DNA of 64,000 bases from Octopus sinensis (lineage: Eukaryota), in NCBI RefSeq assembly GCF_006345805.1, contig NC_043005.1, positions 24,924,001-24,988,000 of the forward strand. The letters run 5' to 3'. Of the stretch, positions 1 through 13,855 are shown one piece after another (the first letter of the stretch is position 1; each line of letters begins with the position of its first letter). The position numbers and the translations under genes were made by a program. The notes under the pieces are model-generated. The model did not search any database and was not told the DNA's origin. It saw nothing but the letters and a program-made list of their open reading frames with translations.

Positions 1-64
1 TGTGTGTGTGTGTGTATATATATATGTGTGTGTGTGTGTATATATATATATGTGTGTGTGTGTG

Positions 65-107
<43 letters not shown>

Positions 108-240
108 GTTGTGTGTGTGTGTACATATATATATGTGTGTGTGTGTGTATATATATATGTTGTGTGTGTGTGTGTGGTGTGTATATATATATATATATAT
201 GTGTGTGGTGTGTGTGTGTGTGCATGTACATATACACACA
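1..240. repeat. (TG)n/(TA)n compound microsatellite
   Basis: Direct inspection. Confidence 0.95.
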
Positions 241-988
241 CATGCATGCAAATGTGGGTTGCTTTTGGTGATTTACCATTGAAAGGAAGAGAATTTCTTC
301 TAAATTAAACCAAGTTAAGCTGAAGAATATTTAATTTTTAAGTTTTCATTTTTACCTTTTTTTTTCTCTTACAAATTTCTTAAAAACTTTTAATCACTAG
401 TAGTCATGTGTACTACTATTTCATCCTCTTCTGGAATCGTTGGCATAGATTAAACTGAAGAGACAAACTATTTAAGCTCAATTTAACATTTTATGAAGTT
501 TCTTAAAAATAGAGAGAATAGTTCATAATTTGAAAACCATATTTCATTTTTGTTTTTCTTTTCATCCTAAATCTGTTTAGTAGTAGAGAAAAGAGAATGA
601 GAGGAACTTCTTACATGCAGGTAAAATACTTTCAGGGCAATTCTGCCTTGTGAAAATGTTTTTTTGTGTAGTTACTGTTAATGTTTTTTTACTACAATCA
701 GATCTTGTAATCCTTTTATAATATATTCATCTTGGGTGTAAATAGAAATTTCTGGTAGCTGTTTCATATTGTGCTATCTGTCAGGATGAGTTAGAACAGA
801 CATTCTTTAGGTTCATATTTAAATTGATTTACTGGTGTGACTTGAAGTAGAAAAAGCCATAAATGATAGCATGTAGAATAATGGGTTAAGAAATCCCTTG
901 GATAAAAAAAAAAAAAATTGAAGGCTGCCTTTTGCTGAACTGATGTCAGCATAGAAAACAAACATTAAACACCACTGCTGCTGCTGCT

Positions 989-1027
<39 letters not shown>

Positions 1028-1050
1028 GTACTAAGTTCTATTTCTTCTAC

Positions 1051-1082
<32 letters not shown>

Positions 1083-1086
<4 letters not shown>

Positions 1087-1645
1087 GTTGTCCGGAAAGT
1101 TTGTGCTGATTTTTAAAGGAAAGAAAAAGGTCAATAAATACTTGCCATTACATTTTTAATCAACCAAATATGAACTGTTTTGTTGCACAATGTATCACCA
1201 ACTTTCCTTTAACTTGAAAATACCCTCTTCCCAGAATTGAGGTAGTTTCATGCCAAAGAATTCATCAAGGTATCTTTTTACGTCATCCAAGGAATTGAAA
1301 TTTTTACCATTAAGACTATTCTGCAGAGACCTGAATAAGTGGAAATCTGAAGGAGCAATATCTGGTGAATATGGAGGGTGGGGTAACACATCCCAGCCGA
1401 GCTGCAGCAATTTTTGTCTGGTTCCCAAAGCATCAAGTGCTGAAAATGAACTTTCTTATCTTCCATTTTAAAGGGTTACTGAATTAACACAGTTTATAGG
1501 AACATAAATCTTCTTCCACGAAAAGATAGCTTAAACTGCTCTAAATGGAGGTGTAGTCAAGTCCTATTTTCTGGACTCAACCATGTTCTAAAATAAGTCG
1601 AAAGGTAAGCTACTATAAATCGGCATGAACTTTCCGGACAACCCA

Positions 1646-1646
<1 letters not shown>
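1083..1646 (-). mobile_element. Internally deleted mariner (D34D-type) element
   Basis: ~30-bp TIRs (ttgggttgtccggaaagtttgtgctgattt / aaatcggcatgaactttccggacaacccag), TA on both sides within (TA)n. Minus strand keeps the N-terminus MEDKKVHFQHL fused to a C-terminal piece with HPPYSPDIAPSDFHLF. Confidence 0.9.
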
Positions 1647-1686
<40 letters not shown>

Positions 1687-2180
1687 TGCATACGTGCACG
1701 TGTGTATGTGTGTGTGTGTGTGTGTGTGTGCACAAATGCATGTGAATGCTGACATTGTATGCTTGTTACTGTTTTGAGTGAAATGGTGATGTTATTTAAA
1801 TTCTTTCTTTAATATTGCAACCAGTTACTCTGCAGTTTTGAAGTCTGATGCTATAAAAAAAATTCTTTCCTTGGAAAACAAGTAAAGATTAGCAACAAGG
1901 AGAGCACCTGGCCTTGAAATCCTGCATTGAAATAACTCACCTGTCCAAATCCATGCTAGTATGGAAAAATGGAAGATTAATGAATGAACGATGTCTGGTT
2001 GCCGGAATGGATGGAAGGAAGAAAGGTTGGGTGGATGAATTGATGAAGAGGAGAGACTGGCTGAGTGTATTTTGTATTTTTATTGTAACTACCAATAAAT
2101 ACCATTCTTACTAATAACTAACTATCAACGCCACTGATATCTACTACAGCAGATTTATACAGACTATATAACATCAACTA

Positions 2181-2385
2181 TGGGTGCGAACTGGTACAAT
2201 CATTTACTATCAGACACTGCTTAGCAGTATTTCTTATAATTTGTTCTGAGTTCAAATGCCAATACAGTCAACTTTGCTTCTTATTCTTTCTGGGTCGAGA
2301 AAATAAACCAGTTGAGCACTGGGGTCGATGTAATTGATTTCCCTACCTGCTCAAATTTGCTAGCCCAGTCTCAAAATAAGAGAGG
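2181..2385 (+). mobile_element. tRNA-derived SINE, family B, degenerate
   Basis: Shares ttctgagttcaaat...ggggtcgat body with the other family B copies in the window. Confidence 0.65.
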
Positions 2386-3137
2386 TTTATAACACCAACT
2401 AACTACTTTCGCTACAAATACTAACTGTTATAGCTACCAGCTATTGTAACTCTCAATAATTAAATAAAACCAGTGAAGCAGTCTTTATGCAGTCACTTGA
2501 TTTGCTAAAAATAGCAGCCAAATCTCTTTCAAATTATATCTGTCTTAAAACATTAACACATTAGATAATGTGATAGTATGTTGTCAACTTAATGTGTCAG
2601 TCCCATGAAAGGGAAGAATGCTACTGTTATTTAGCCCTAGGAAACACCGTTCCCTGTTGGCCTTGACACATTTCCTGTGTCGGTATGTTTTCGAAGGAAA
2701 CATGCACGAAACGTGCACACACACACACACACACCACACACACAAATGCTCTTTATAATATAGAATCAATGTGGACTATACTCTTTTTCCCTATATACAC
2801 ACATGAACATACACACACACACACACTCTTACAGAAATATATTTGCTAAAGCTTACCCAGTATTTGGTTGGCATTTTGGCTGTGTGGTCACTCAAATTGC
2901 TAGAAATAGCAACCAAATCTCCACCAAATCACAGGCTACTGTCTTCAGAAAAACAGAAAACACATATTCAGCAGTCTTAGGTGTATCGAAAACCGAAATG
3001 TTGCAAAAGCTGCTACAACTTTGATAAGGGGTCTGCTAGGTTTGGGTTAACTTAAGGCTCAAAAAACAAACCTATAATAAGTACTGTAAATAAATACAGT
3101 CTATATTTATTGTCTGTCTGTTTGTCTTTTCTACCAG

Positions 3138-3291
3138 GTGAGTGTGCCAATGTGGATAGATTATTGGGCTGATTTTTATGAAGCTGCAAAAGCAAAAGGT
3201 GACTGGCCATCCTCATCATTGTCTGGTAATGTCGATTATCAGTGGCACTCTGAGTTTGTCAGCTTAATATTTGATGCCATGGATCTTAATG
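3138..3291 (+). CDS. Internal coding exon of an EF-hand calcium-binding protein (SCP/calexcitin-like); upstream exons not found in the window
   Basis: Polypyrimidine+CAG acceptor (AG 3136-3137) and GTAAGT donor at 3292. 154 nt, open in phase 0: VSVPMWIDYWADFYEAAKAKGDWPSSSLSGNVDYQWHSEFVSLIFDAMDLN+G. Joins the 18658 exon in frame to complete an EF-hand loop. Confidence 0.85.
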
Positions 3292-3724
3292 GTAAGTGAC
3301 TAAAGATGATCTTTTCATTGCATTATATTCCATACGCACTCACATAAATTATGCACATACCCATGCACACACATACACACACATATAGACACACTTAGAT
3401 GCATACAGACACACACACAAACTCATATACAGGTGTTTAAATATGCATGTGTACGTGCATGAAGAACAGTACCAGCTTTCTCTTACTTACCCAGTCACCC
3501 TGTCCGGTGTCCTCTGTGCCCCCTCCCTGTAATTTGAGCGTATACCCTGACACCTGTTTACCGCCATCTTCTTCCTCTCACCTTTCTCTTTTCCAGGTGG
3601 GGTAACCATGTATCTTCTGTACAGCAAGACACCTGTTTCTGTCCCTCTGCTAGACTTTACCTTATTATTACCTGGCACAAAGCCACCTCCTTCAATATTT
3701 CTCACCCTCTCAGCTCAGAAGTCT

Positions 3725-3925
3725 TACTTAGTGGATTACTGGTGCTGGTGCTATATAAAAAGTACCCAGTACACTTTGTAAAGCAGTTGTCATTGGGAAG
3801 TGCATCCAGATGTGGAAACCAAGCCAAAACAGATGGTAGAGTCTGGTAATGTTCTCTGGCTTGCCAGCTCCTCTTAAACTGTCCAACCCATGCCAACATG
3901 GAAAAACAGACATTAATTAAATAGT
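3725..3925 (+). mobile_element. Short RTE-type 3' tail element
   Basis: cccagtacact...catccag...ccaacccatgccaacatggaaa, similar to the LINE 3' end at 32690-32866. Confidence 0.6.
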
Positions 3926-4159
3926 GATGACAATAATGTATCACTGATTAAATGTATTATTTTGCATGTGTAACATATCGCGAGTAACAATAGAATGAAT
4001 CAGCCACAATTCAGTCATAAGTTTCATCTCTATGCCATGTATTGGATGGTCTTTTCATTTGTTTCTATACATAAATGTATAAATTTGCATACATAAAGCA
4101 CAGCATGCAGAAAAATGAGAACTAATAGTATGAATGTATACACTATTTACATTATTTAC

Positions 4160-4250
4160 ATCTTGTTTGTTGTTAACACAACATTTCGGCTGATGTGCCC
4201 TCCAGCCTTCATCAGGTGTCTTGGGAGGGTAACTTCCCATCAAGACTTCT
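4160..4250 (-). ncRNA. Decayed hammerhead-ribozyme-like motif
   Basis: Minus strand CTGATGA (4215-4209), stem II GGCTG/CAGCC, GAAA (4187-4184), hairpin TGTTGT/ACAACA. No recognisable UH site or adjoining stem I. Confidence 0.4.
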
Positions 4251-5299
4251 GTCAAATGTAAACACAACAGGCCGGATATTGTTGTTTGGGACAGAAGGTC
4301 AACGGTATGTACCATCATAGAAGTCAGCTGCTCTGCAGATATAAACATCTTTTTGAAAATCAAAGGAAACTTCTTCAAAACCTCTAGCTTCTATATCCGT
4401 ACTATGAATTAATATTCATACCAATGATAATTGGAACACTAGCTTTTGTTAGTAAATGCTTAAAATAGAATCTGGGTAAACTGGGATTTTCAGAAAGAGA
4501 AATTGACTGACTAATTTGTACATTACAAGTGTAATCTGTTAGCAGAACAGTAAAAATGTGCAAGACTTTCCCAAGTTCCAAATGTGAATTTGTCTGTGTT
4601 AACTACATCCCAAAAATGGGGCCTTTATGTTTGTTGGAAACTGGCTCCCTCCTCAGTGGAAGATTTATAATAATTAAAAAAGACATACATAAAAACAAAA
4701 ATACTCTTGTTGATGTTGAAATTCCAATGAAGGAGCCATGGATTTAGGTTAGAAACTGGTTCTTTCTCTATTGGCAAGATATCTTGAAATAAAACTGAAT
4801 AATGATATACATAAACACATTCATTCATTCATTCATTCATTCATTCATTCATTCATTCATTCATTCATTCATTCACACATACATACATACATACATACAT
4901 ACATACATACATCACACACAAATATCCAAGCCAAGTAGGAGGGTCTCTATGCAGTTGCTTGATGTGCTTGAAATAACAGCCAAATCTGACAACATCCTGC
5001 ATCTAGAAAAAAGGAAGAGGCACACTCTAGATATAATTCTAGGTATCCAGTACCTGAGAGAAAGCTGGGATGGTCATAACTGGAATACTATCAATCATAG
5101 GTTTGCCCATTCAAAGCTGATCTGGGGCTAAACAACAACAAGACCCCACATTTCTCTAATTATCACTGATATTTATATATTCATCACATTAAATATTGAA
5201 ACATTGTGACCTTACATGACCTGGTGTGACCTTACATGATCTTTGAAAATAACATGCTGTAAATTTCCAGTTGAGTTAAGGAGATGGTTAATGATATCA

Positions 5300-5930
5300 A
5301 CTTGAGGAGATGAAGGGAAGATGGTGGTGGTGTTGGTAGTTGTGATGATGATAATGATAGTGGTGGTGGTGGTGATGGTGGATGTGATGGGGAGGGATGG
5401 TGGTGGTGGATGTGATGAGATGATGGTGGTGTTGGTAGTTGTGATGATGATAATGATAGTGGTGGTGGTGGTGATGGTGGATGTGATGAGATGATGGTGG
5501 TGTTGGTGATGGTAGATATTATGAGGATGGTGGTGGTGGTGGATGTAATGGGGATGGTGGAGGTGATGGAGATGGTGGTGGTGGTGGATGTGATGGGATG
5601 GTGATGGTGGATGTTATGGGGATGGTGGTGATGATTATGATGTTGTTGCCACTGGTGATAGCAATGGTGGTGGTGATGGCAGTGATGATAGTGATGGTGG
5701 TGAGGGATGCTGGTGATAACTATGTCGATGATGATCATGATGATATGGATGGTGGTTATGTCAATGATGGTGGTGATGATAATACTGTGATATGATGATG
5801 GTGGTGGGGATAGTGATTGTGTTAATGATGATGATTATAACATTAGTGGTGATGATGACTCTTAATGGTGGTGATGGTGATGCTGGTAGTCATGGTAATA
5901 ATAACGATGATGATGATGATGATGATGTTA
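5300..5930. repeat. Degenerate (GGT/GAT)n trinucleotide tract
   Basis: Direct inspection; explains the His/Thr/Val-rich ORFs. Confidence 0.9.
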
Positions 5931-6369
5931 ATTATTAATACTACGGTTAACATTTCTGTTATAATTATTGAAAATTACATTCATATGTTAAAAAAAAAGA
6001 TGAAAATAACAAGCGAAAAACAGGATAAAAATAAGTAAAAGCATAAAAAAAATTAACGAGTGTTTTTTTTTTAAACTTTTCATTCCACTGTAAATAACAG
6101 AATTAATGAACCAGGTAACTAATTAAGTTATTAACAAACCAATTAAAATCTAGTTCATGCATTTGAAACTAAAAGGCCAAAATTTCGAGAAGTTAATGAA
6201 GGAAATTTATTTAGAAATACAAAAAAAAAAAAAAGAGAGAAAGAAAAATTTTCTTCTCTCTACTTCTCCTGCTACCAAAGAACTATGAGACAATGAAAGT
6301 AGTCTATATATGGTCACATGACATGCTAAAAATAGAAACTATATCACATTCAGATCATGTATTATCATT

Positions 6370-6670
6370 GCCAGTGCCCCCTGGCAGGCTCCCATGTTGG
6401 TGGCACATAAAGAACACCACTCAAGATACCAGTACCACATGCTGGTGGCACATATAAAGCACCATTCAAGCATGGCTAATGCCAGTACTGCCTGACTGGC
6501 CCTCATACCAGTGGCATGTAAGAAGCACCCACTAATTCTTGGATTGGTTAGCGTTAGGAAGGGCATCCAGCTGTAGAAACATTGCCAGATTGAACTGGAG
6601 CCCAGTGCAGGCTTCTAAATCAGCAGCACTCAGTCAAACCATCCAACACATGTTGGATGGTTTGACTGCT
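6370..6670 (+). mobile_element. RTE-type 3' tail element
   Basis: tggcacataaa repeats then gttaggaagggcatccagctgtagaaac, as in 32690-32830. Confidence 0.7.
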
Positions 6671-6679
6671 TGGAAGTGC

Positions 6680-6863
6680 ACCATTAGTGTAGTGAATGGG
6701 GAAAGCTTGGTTTGCAATGTTTGCAGTCGCGTATGCTTGTCAAGGGCAGGGCTTATTAGCCACCAGTGGAGCTGCAAATGCAAAATATATAAGTTAGTCT
6801 AAGAGCGCACAATGTTCCTAAAGGTCAGCAATGCTCTTCCTTGGTCACAAGTGGATGGCCATC

Positions 6864-6865
<2 letters not shown>
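6680..6865 (+). mobile_element. 3' end of an RTE (BovB-like) LINE ORF
   Basis: Translates to LVCNVCSRVCLSRAGLISHQWSC, the C-terminal CxxC..SRxGL.SH zinc-finger-like motif typical of RTE ORFs. Confidence 0.6.
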
Positions 6866-6896
<31 letters not shown>

Positions 6897-7096
6897 CGCA
6901 CGCACGCACGCATGTATGTAATTTATGTAAGTATGTATGCAATGTATGTATGTATATATGTATAGATATATGTATATATATATGTATGTATGTATATATA
7001 TATGTATGTATGTATGTATGTATATGTATGTATGCATGTATGTAATTTATGTACGTATGCAATGTATGTATGTATATATGTATAGATATATGTATG

Positions 7097-7127
<31 letters not shown>

Positions 7128-7307
7128 ATGTATGTATATGTATGTATGTATGTATATGTATGTATATGTATGTATGTATATGTATGTGTATGTATGTATA
7201 TGTATGTGTATGTATGTATATGTAAGTATGTACGCATGTATGTAATTTATGTAAGTATGTATGTATGCAATGTATGTATATATGTATAGATATATGTATA
7301 TATATAT

Positions 7308-7338
<31 letters not shown>

Positions 7339-7480
7339 GTATTTATGTATGCATATGTATGTATGTATGTATGTGTATGTATATGTATGTATGTATATGT
7401 ATATATGTATATATATGTATGTGTATATATATCCATATGTATATATATATATGTATATATGTATGTAATATATATATATG

Positions 7481-7514
<34 letters not shown>

Positions 7515-7691
7515 TGTATATTATATATATATATGTATATATATATATGTATATATATATATGTATATATATATATGTATGTATATATATGTAATGTATA
7601 TATAATGTATGTATATATATATATGTATATAATATATGTATGTATATATATTATGTATATATATGTATATATAATATATGTATATATATGT

Positions 7692-7723
<32 letters not shown>

Positions 7724-7742
7724 TATATATATTATATGTATG

Positions 7743-7776
<34 letters not shown>

Positions 7777-8234
7777 ATATATATATTATATATGTATGTA
7801 TGTATATGTATATATGTATGTATGTATATATATATGTTATATATATATATATGCATGTATATAATATATGTATATGTATATATTATGTATGTATGTATAT
7901 GTATATATGTATGTATGTATATGTATATATATTGTATATATATATTATATATGTATGTATATATATATATATATTATATATATGTATATATGCATATATA
8001 TATATATATGTATGTATATATTATATGTATATATATATTATATATGCATGTATATATATATAGTATATATATATATGTATATATGCATGTATATATATAT
8101 ATGTATGTATTATATATATGTATATATATATATATTATGCATGTATATATATATAGTATATATATATATATATATGCATGTATATATATATATAGCATGT
8201 ATATATATATGTATAATATATATATATATGCATG

Positions 8235-8266
<32 letters not shown>

Positions 8267-8318
8267 ATATATATATGTATATATATATATTATATATGTA
8301 ATATATATATATGTATAT

Positions 8319-8351
<33 letters not shown>

Positions 8352-8729
8352 GTATAATATATATATGTAATATATATATATATTATATATATATAATATA
8401 TTATATGTATATATATATCTATGTATATATATATATGTATATATAATATGTATATATATATGTATATATATATGTATATATATATATAATGTATATATAT
8501 ATATGTATATATGCATGTATATATATATGTATATATATATATGTAATATATGCATATATATATATATATTATATATATATGTATAATATATGTATATATG
8601 CATGTATATATATATGCATGTATATAATATATGTATATATATATATGCATGTATATAATATATATGTATATATATAATATATATTATATATTATATATGT
8701 ATATATATATATGTATATATATATGTATC

Positions 8730-8766
<37 letters not shown>

Positions 8767-8772
8767 CTTATA

Positions 8773-8803
<31 letters not shown>

Positions 8804-9315
8804 GTATCTATATATATGTATATATATATGTATATATATATATGTATATATATATATGTATATATATATGTATATATATATATGTATATATAATATGTAT
8901 ATATATATATGTATATGTGTATATATATCCATATATATATATATAATATATATATTATATATGTATATATATGTATATATAATATATATATTATATATAT
9001 ATATATCTTTATATATTATATATATATATCTTTATATATATATATATATATCTTTATATATATATATATCTTTATATATATATATATATAATCTTTATAT
9101 ATATATATATATATCTTTATATATATATATATCTTTATATATATATATATATATCTTTATGTATATATATATATTGTGTATATATATGTAATATATATAA
9201 GTGTATGTATATGTTGTATATATATATACATGTATATATGTGTATGTATAGATATATATATATATATGATATATATATATGTAATATATATATATATACA
9301 CATATATATATGCAT

Positions 9316-9352
<37 letters not shown>

Positions 9353-9360
9353 CATATGTG
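6865..9360. repeat. ~2.5 kb (TATG)n/(TA)n compound microsatellite
   Basis: Direct inspection. Confidence 0.95.
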
Positions 9361-10674
9361 TGTGTTTGTAAATAAATTAGCATATACATAACTCCCTTTA
9401 GCACTGTCACTCTTCCATCACTCACTCCTTTTCCACCCTCTCACCTTAATCACTGTGTTTTTCCCCTATTGCTTTTTTTGTCCATTCACTCAATCACTCC
9501 AGTCTGTTCATCATCAATCACTCTTTCATTGATCCCTTCTTGATCAAATTGTTTTGATTGATTGCAGACACTGTACACTATGTGGTCATTGTAAACAGCC
9601 AGGACTCATTTCCTAATATTTAGAACTCCTCAGTTCAGAAGCAGTGGGTGTGTTAGGGGTGGGGGTCATTTGTGCTGTAAGGGATTATGTAAGAAGCTCA
9701 GTTATTACTCTAAACAGCCTATTGCAAGAAGCTCATTGGATTGTAGGTGCTGGTTGGGGTTGGGTTGTTCTGTTTTCCTATGTTTTTTTGTTTCATTCTA
9801 ATATCTCTTCTCCCCTTCCTTCAGAATAGTATATTCCAATGTGGTAGTGAGGACTCATTAGTATCAAACTTACTAGTGTTGGTATGGTGATGAACTGCAC
9901 CCAGTACACTGTATAAAGTGGTTGGTAAGTGAGTGGAGACAATGCAGTGCCAAGAAGACTCTTCAGTCTGGTTGAGGACTTGGAAACCTTTCTTGTGTTG
10001 GTGCAATGATGAACTGTGCCCAGTAAAACTGTGTTGAGGGATTGGTGTTAGAGGAGACATTCAGCTCTGAAAACTGTACCAAAATTAAATGTATTAATGA
10101 GACATGGCGCTTTGACCTATCTAGGAGGGCATCAACTTCAAATAAAGAATTAATTCATTTTGTAAGGACCTATTCAATCTTTGTTAATAGGGAGAAAGGA
10201 CATTTAATGATTTTACACACATGCACATATGCACACACCCATGCATGCATGCACACATGTGTTTGTATGTATGTATGTATATATATATATACACACACAT
10301 ACATTGTGTGTATGTATATACATACATATACATTGTGTGTGTATATAAATTGTATGTGTGTGTGTGTGTATATATATATTATATATATATATATGCATTT
10401 ACTTTGCATTGTTCTGGCCTTTCTCACAATCCTTTATACAATATATTCTACACATTGCTTCATAGTAATTATTCCATCAGTATGTAGATAGGGTTATAAT
10501 CCAAGCTGTGTCCTCATGAAGTACACCTGTATATTCCAGCACTCCAAAATTATATTTGTAGATGCTATAACTGTGTGAGGCATGCATAACAGTTAAGAAA
10601 TACTGGAAAATAGTATTGAAAGAGTAATTACATACATATCAAAGCAGGATATTGGAAAGAAAATTCTTAGGTGT

Positions 10675-11066
10675 AGGAGTGGCTATGCAGTAAGTAGCTT
10701 GCTTACGAACCACATGGTTCTGGGTTCAATCCGACTGCGTGGCACATTGGGCAAGTGTCTTCTACTATAGCCTCGGGCCAACCAAAGCCTTGTGAGTGGA
10801 TTTGGTAGACGGAAACTGAAAGAAGCATGTTGTAAATATATCTATATATGTATGTGTTTGTGTGTCTGTGTTTGTCCCCTTAACATTGCTTGACAACCGA
10901 TGCTGGTGTGTTTACATCCCTGTAACTTAGTGGTTCGGCAAAAGTGAATGATAGAATAAGTACTAGGCTTACAAAGAATAAGTCCTGGGGTCGATTTGCT
11001 TGACTAAAGGTTGTGCTCCAGCATGACTGCAGTCAAATGACTGAAACAAGTAAAAGAGTAAAAGAG
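10675..11066 (+). mobile_element. tRNA-derived SINE, family A (CORE-like ttgggcaagtgtcttct box)
   Basis: A/B-box-like head (ggagtggct...ggttcaatcc), internal TA/TG tract, tail gactgaaacaagtaaaag. Several near-identical copies in the window. Confidence 0.85.
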
Positions 11067-11309
11067 CTATTATTAAGAATTACAAAGATCTATATGTTAG
11101 ATAGACGTGTAAGATATATTGTATTAGAAATTCTTCATATAGATTATCAGATAATATTATCTGATTCTCTGTCTGAAGAATTTCTAATAGGAGACATCAT
11201 ACATGTTTGTATTACATGTGCAATTTTGTAACTCTTATTAACAAACGAAACATGTGTAATGGTCAATAAATAAATCAAAAATCTTTTAAAACCAAATATA
11301 TATATATCT

Positions 11310-11620
11310 CCTGTGCAGGAAGCATGTATAAGGCACTATTTGAGCGTCGCCGTTACCAGTGTTGTTGGACTGGCTCCTGTGCAGGTGGCATGTAAAAAAC
11401 ACCACTTGAGCGTGGCTGTTGCCAGTACCTCCTGACTGGCCCTCATTCCGGTGGCATGTAAAAGCACTCACTACACTCTCGGAGTGGTTGGTGTTAGGAA
11501 GGGCATCCAGCCAGATCAGATTGGAGCCTGGTGCAGCCATCTGGTTTGCCAGTCCTCTGTCAAATCGTCCAACCCATGCTAGCATGGAAAGCGGATGTTA
11601 AACGATGATGATGATGAGGA
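11310..11620 (+). mobile_element. RTE-type 3' tail element with (GAT)n tail
   Basis: Matches 32690-32866; ends aaacgatgatgatgat. Confidence 0.8.
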
Positions 11621-11847
11621 TGATATATAAATATTATATATGAGTATATGCATATGTATATAAGTATATACGTATATGGGTATGAATATATATGTATATG
11701 GGTATATAAGTGTATACATTGCATATATTGTTTGATATATAAATTGTGTATACGCACACATATGTGTGTGTATATTTACATAATTGTATGTGTGTATATA
11801 TATATATATGCACATACATATATGTATGTGTATAGGTACATAATACA

Positions 11848-11918
<71 letters not shown>

Positions 11919-12653
11919 TATATATAAGTGTTTCTTGTTTGTGCCTTACATTGAAATGAAAGTTGATAAATGATTTCCACTTAACTAATCCATCTAGTCT
12001 GTTATGCTCTTTGATAAATCACTGTTGTTTTCTTGTTACTAAGCTGACAGTAATAATGACAAAAGAGGCAAGAGAGAGGATTAGATCGGAACAATAGTTG
12101 TAAAATCATTAATGAAACTGTTTGTGTATTATTGGATGCTTGTTGACATGGAAGATTGATTAGGTATCTTGTACTGGGTCAGTGTTAATCTGTAGACATA
12201 AACATAGACACATACACACATGTGCGCATGTGTCTATGTGTATATTTATATAAGCATATGGATGTGTGTATGTGTATTTGCACGTGCATATATATATATA
12301 TATATGTGTGTGTGTGTATGCATGTATGTATGTGTATGCATGTATGTATGCATGTATATATGTATGTATATATGTGTATATATATATATATATGTATATG
12401 TGTGTATATGTATGTATATATATATGTATGAATATATGTATGTATATATATATATATGTATATATGCATGTATATATATGTATGTATAAATATATGTATG
12501 AATATATGTATGTATATATTTATATATATATATATATATGTATGTATGTACGTACGTATGTATGTATATATATATATATATATATAGATATGTATGTATG
12601 TATGTATGTATATATATATATATATATATATATGACGTACGTATGTATGTATG

Positions 12654-12688
<35 letters not shown>

Positions 12689-13260
12689 TTATGTATGTAT
12701 ATATATGTATTTATGTATGTATATATATATGTATTTATGGTATGTATATATATGTCTTTATGTATAATGTATATATCTATTATTTATGTGTGTATATATA
12801 TTGTCTTTATGTATGTATATATAGTATGTATTTAGGTATGTATATATATATGTATTTATGTATGTATATATATATATGTATTTATGTATGTATATATATA
12901 TGTATTTATGTATGTATATATATATGTATTTATGTATGTATATATATATGTATTTATGTATGTATATATATATGTATTTATGTATGTATATATATATGTA
13001 TTTATGTATGTATATATATATGTATGTATTTATGTATGTATATATATATGTATGTATTTATGTATGTATATATATATATGTATGTATTTATGTATGTATA
13101 TATATATGTATGTATTTATGTATGTATATATATGTATGTATTTATGTATGTATATATATATGTATGTATTTATGTATGTATATATATATGTATATATATA
13201 TATATATATATGTATTTATGTATGTATGTATATATATATGTAATTATATATGTATGTATA
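11620..13260. repeat. Two compound TA/TATG microsatellite tracts (11620-11930, 12190-13260)
   Basis: Direct inspection. Confidence 0.9.
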
Positions 13261-13712
13261 TCATCATCATCATCATTTAACGTCCGCTTTCCATGCTAGC
13301 ATGGGTTGGACGGTTCAACTGGGTCTGGGGAGCCCGAAAGCTGCACCAGTCCAGTCAGATCTGGCAGTGTTTCTAACAGCTGGATGCCCTTCCTAACGCC
13401 AACCACTCCGAGAGTGTAGTGGGTGATTTTATGTGCCACCGACACAGGTGCCAGACGAGGCTGGCAAACGGCCACGCATCGGATGGTGTTGTTTTTATGT
13501 GCCACCGACACAGGTGCCAGACGAGGCTGGCAGACGGCCACGCTCGGATGGTGTTTTTATGTGCCACCGACACAGGTGCCAGATGAGGCTGGCAAACGGC
13601 CACGATCGGATGGTGCTTGTTATGCCCACAGCATGGAGGCCAGTCGATGCGGTACTGGCTACGGCCACGTTCGGATGGTTTTCTTGTGTGCCACGTGCCA
13701 CCGGCACTGGTG
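13261..13712 (-). mobile_element. 5'-truncated copy of the RTE LINE 3' UTR, without the array expansion
   Basis: Reverse complement of the 32400-32866 region, including three tggcacctgtgtcggtggcacataaaa units and the (GAT)n tail. Confidence 0.9.
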
Positions 13713-13808
13713 CATATATGCATGTATATATATATATATGTATATATATATGTATTTATGTATGTATATAAATATATATGTATTTATATATGTATGTATA
13801 TATGCATG

Positions 13809-13855
<47 letters not shown>

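Noticed and set aside
581-620. Possible upstream exon of the EF-hand gene (tttag...CAG|GTAAAA)
   Set aside because: The phase-compatible peptide SREKRMRGTSYMQ does not resemble the EF-hand loop expected before VSVPMW.
6812-9425. Many Y/I/M/C/V/H/T-rich ORFs here and in the other TA, CA and TACA tracts
   Set aside because: They are translations of microsatellites.
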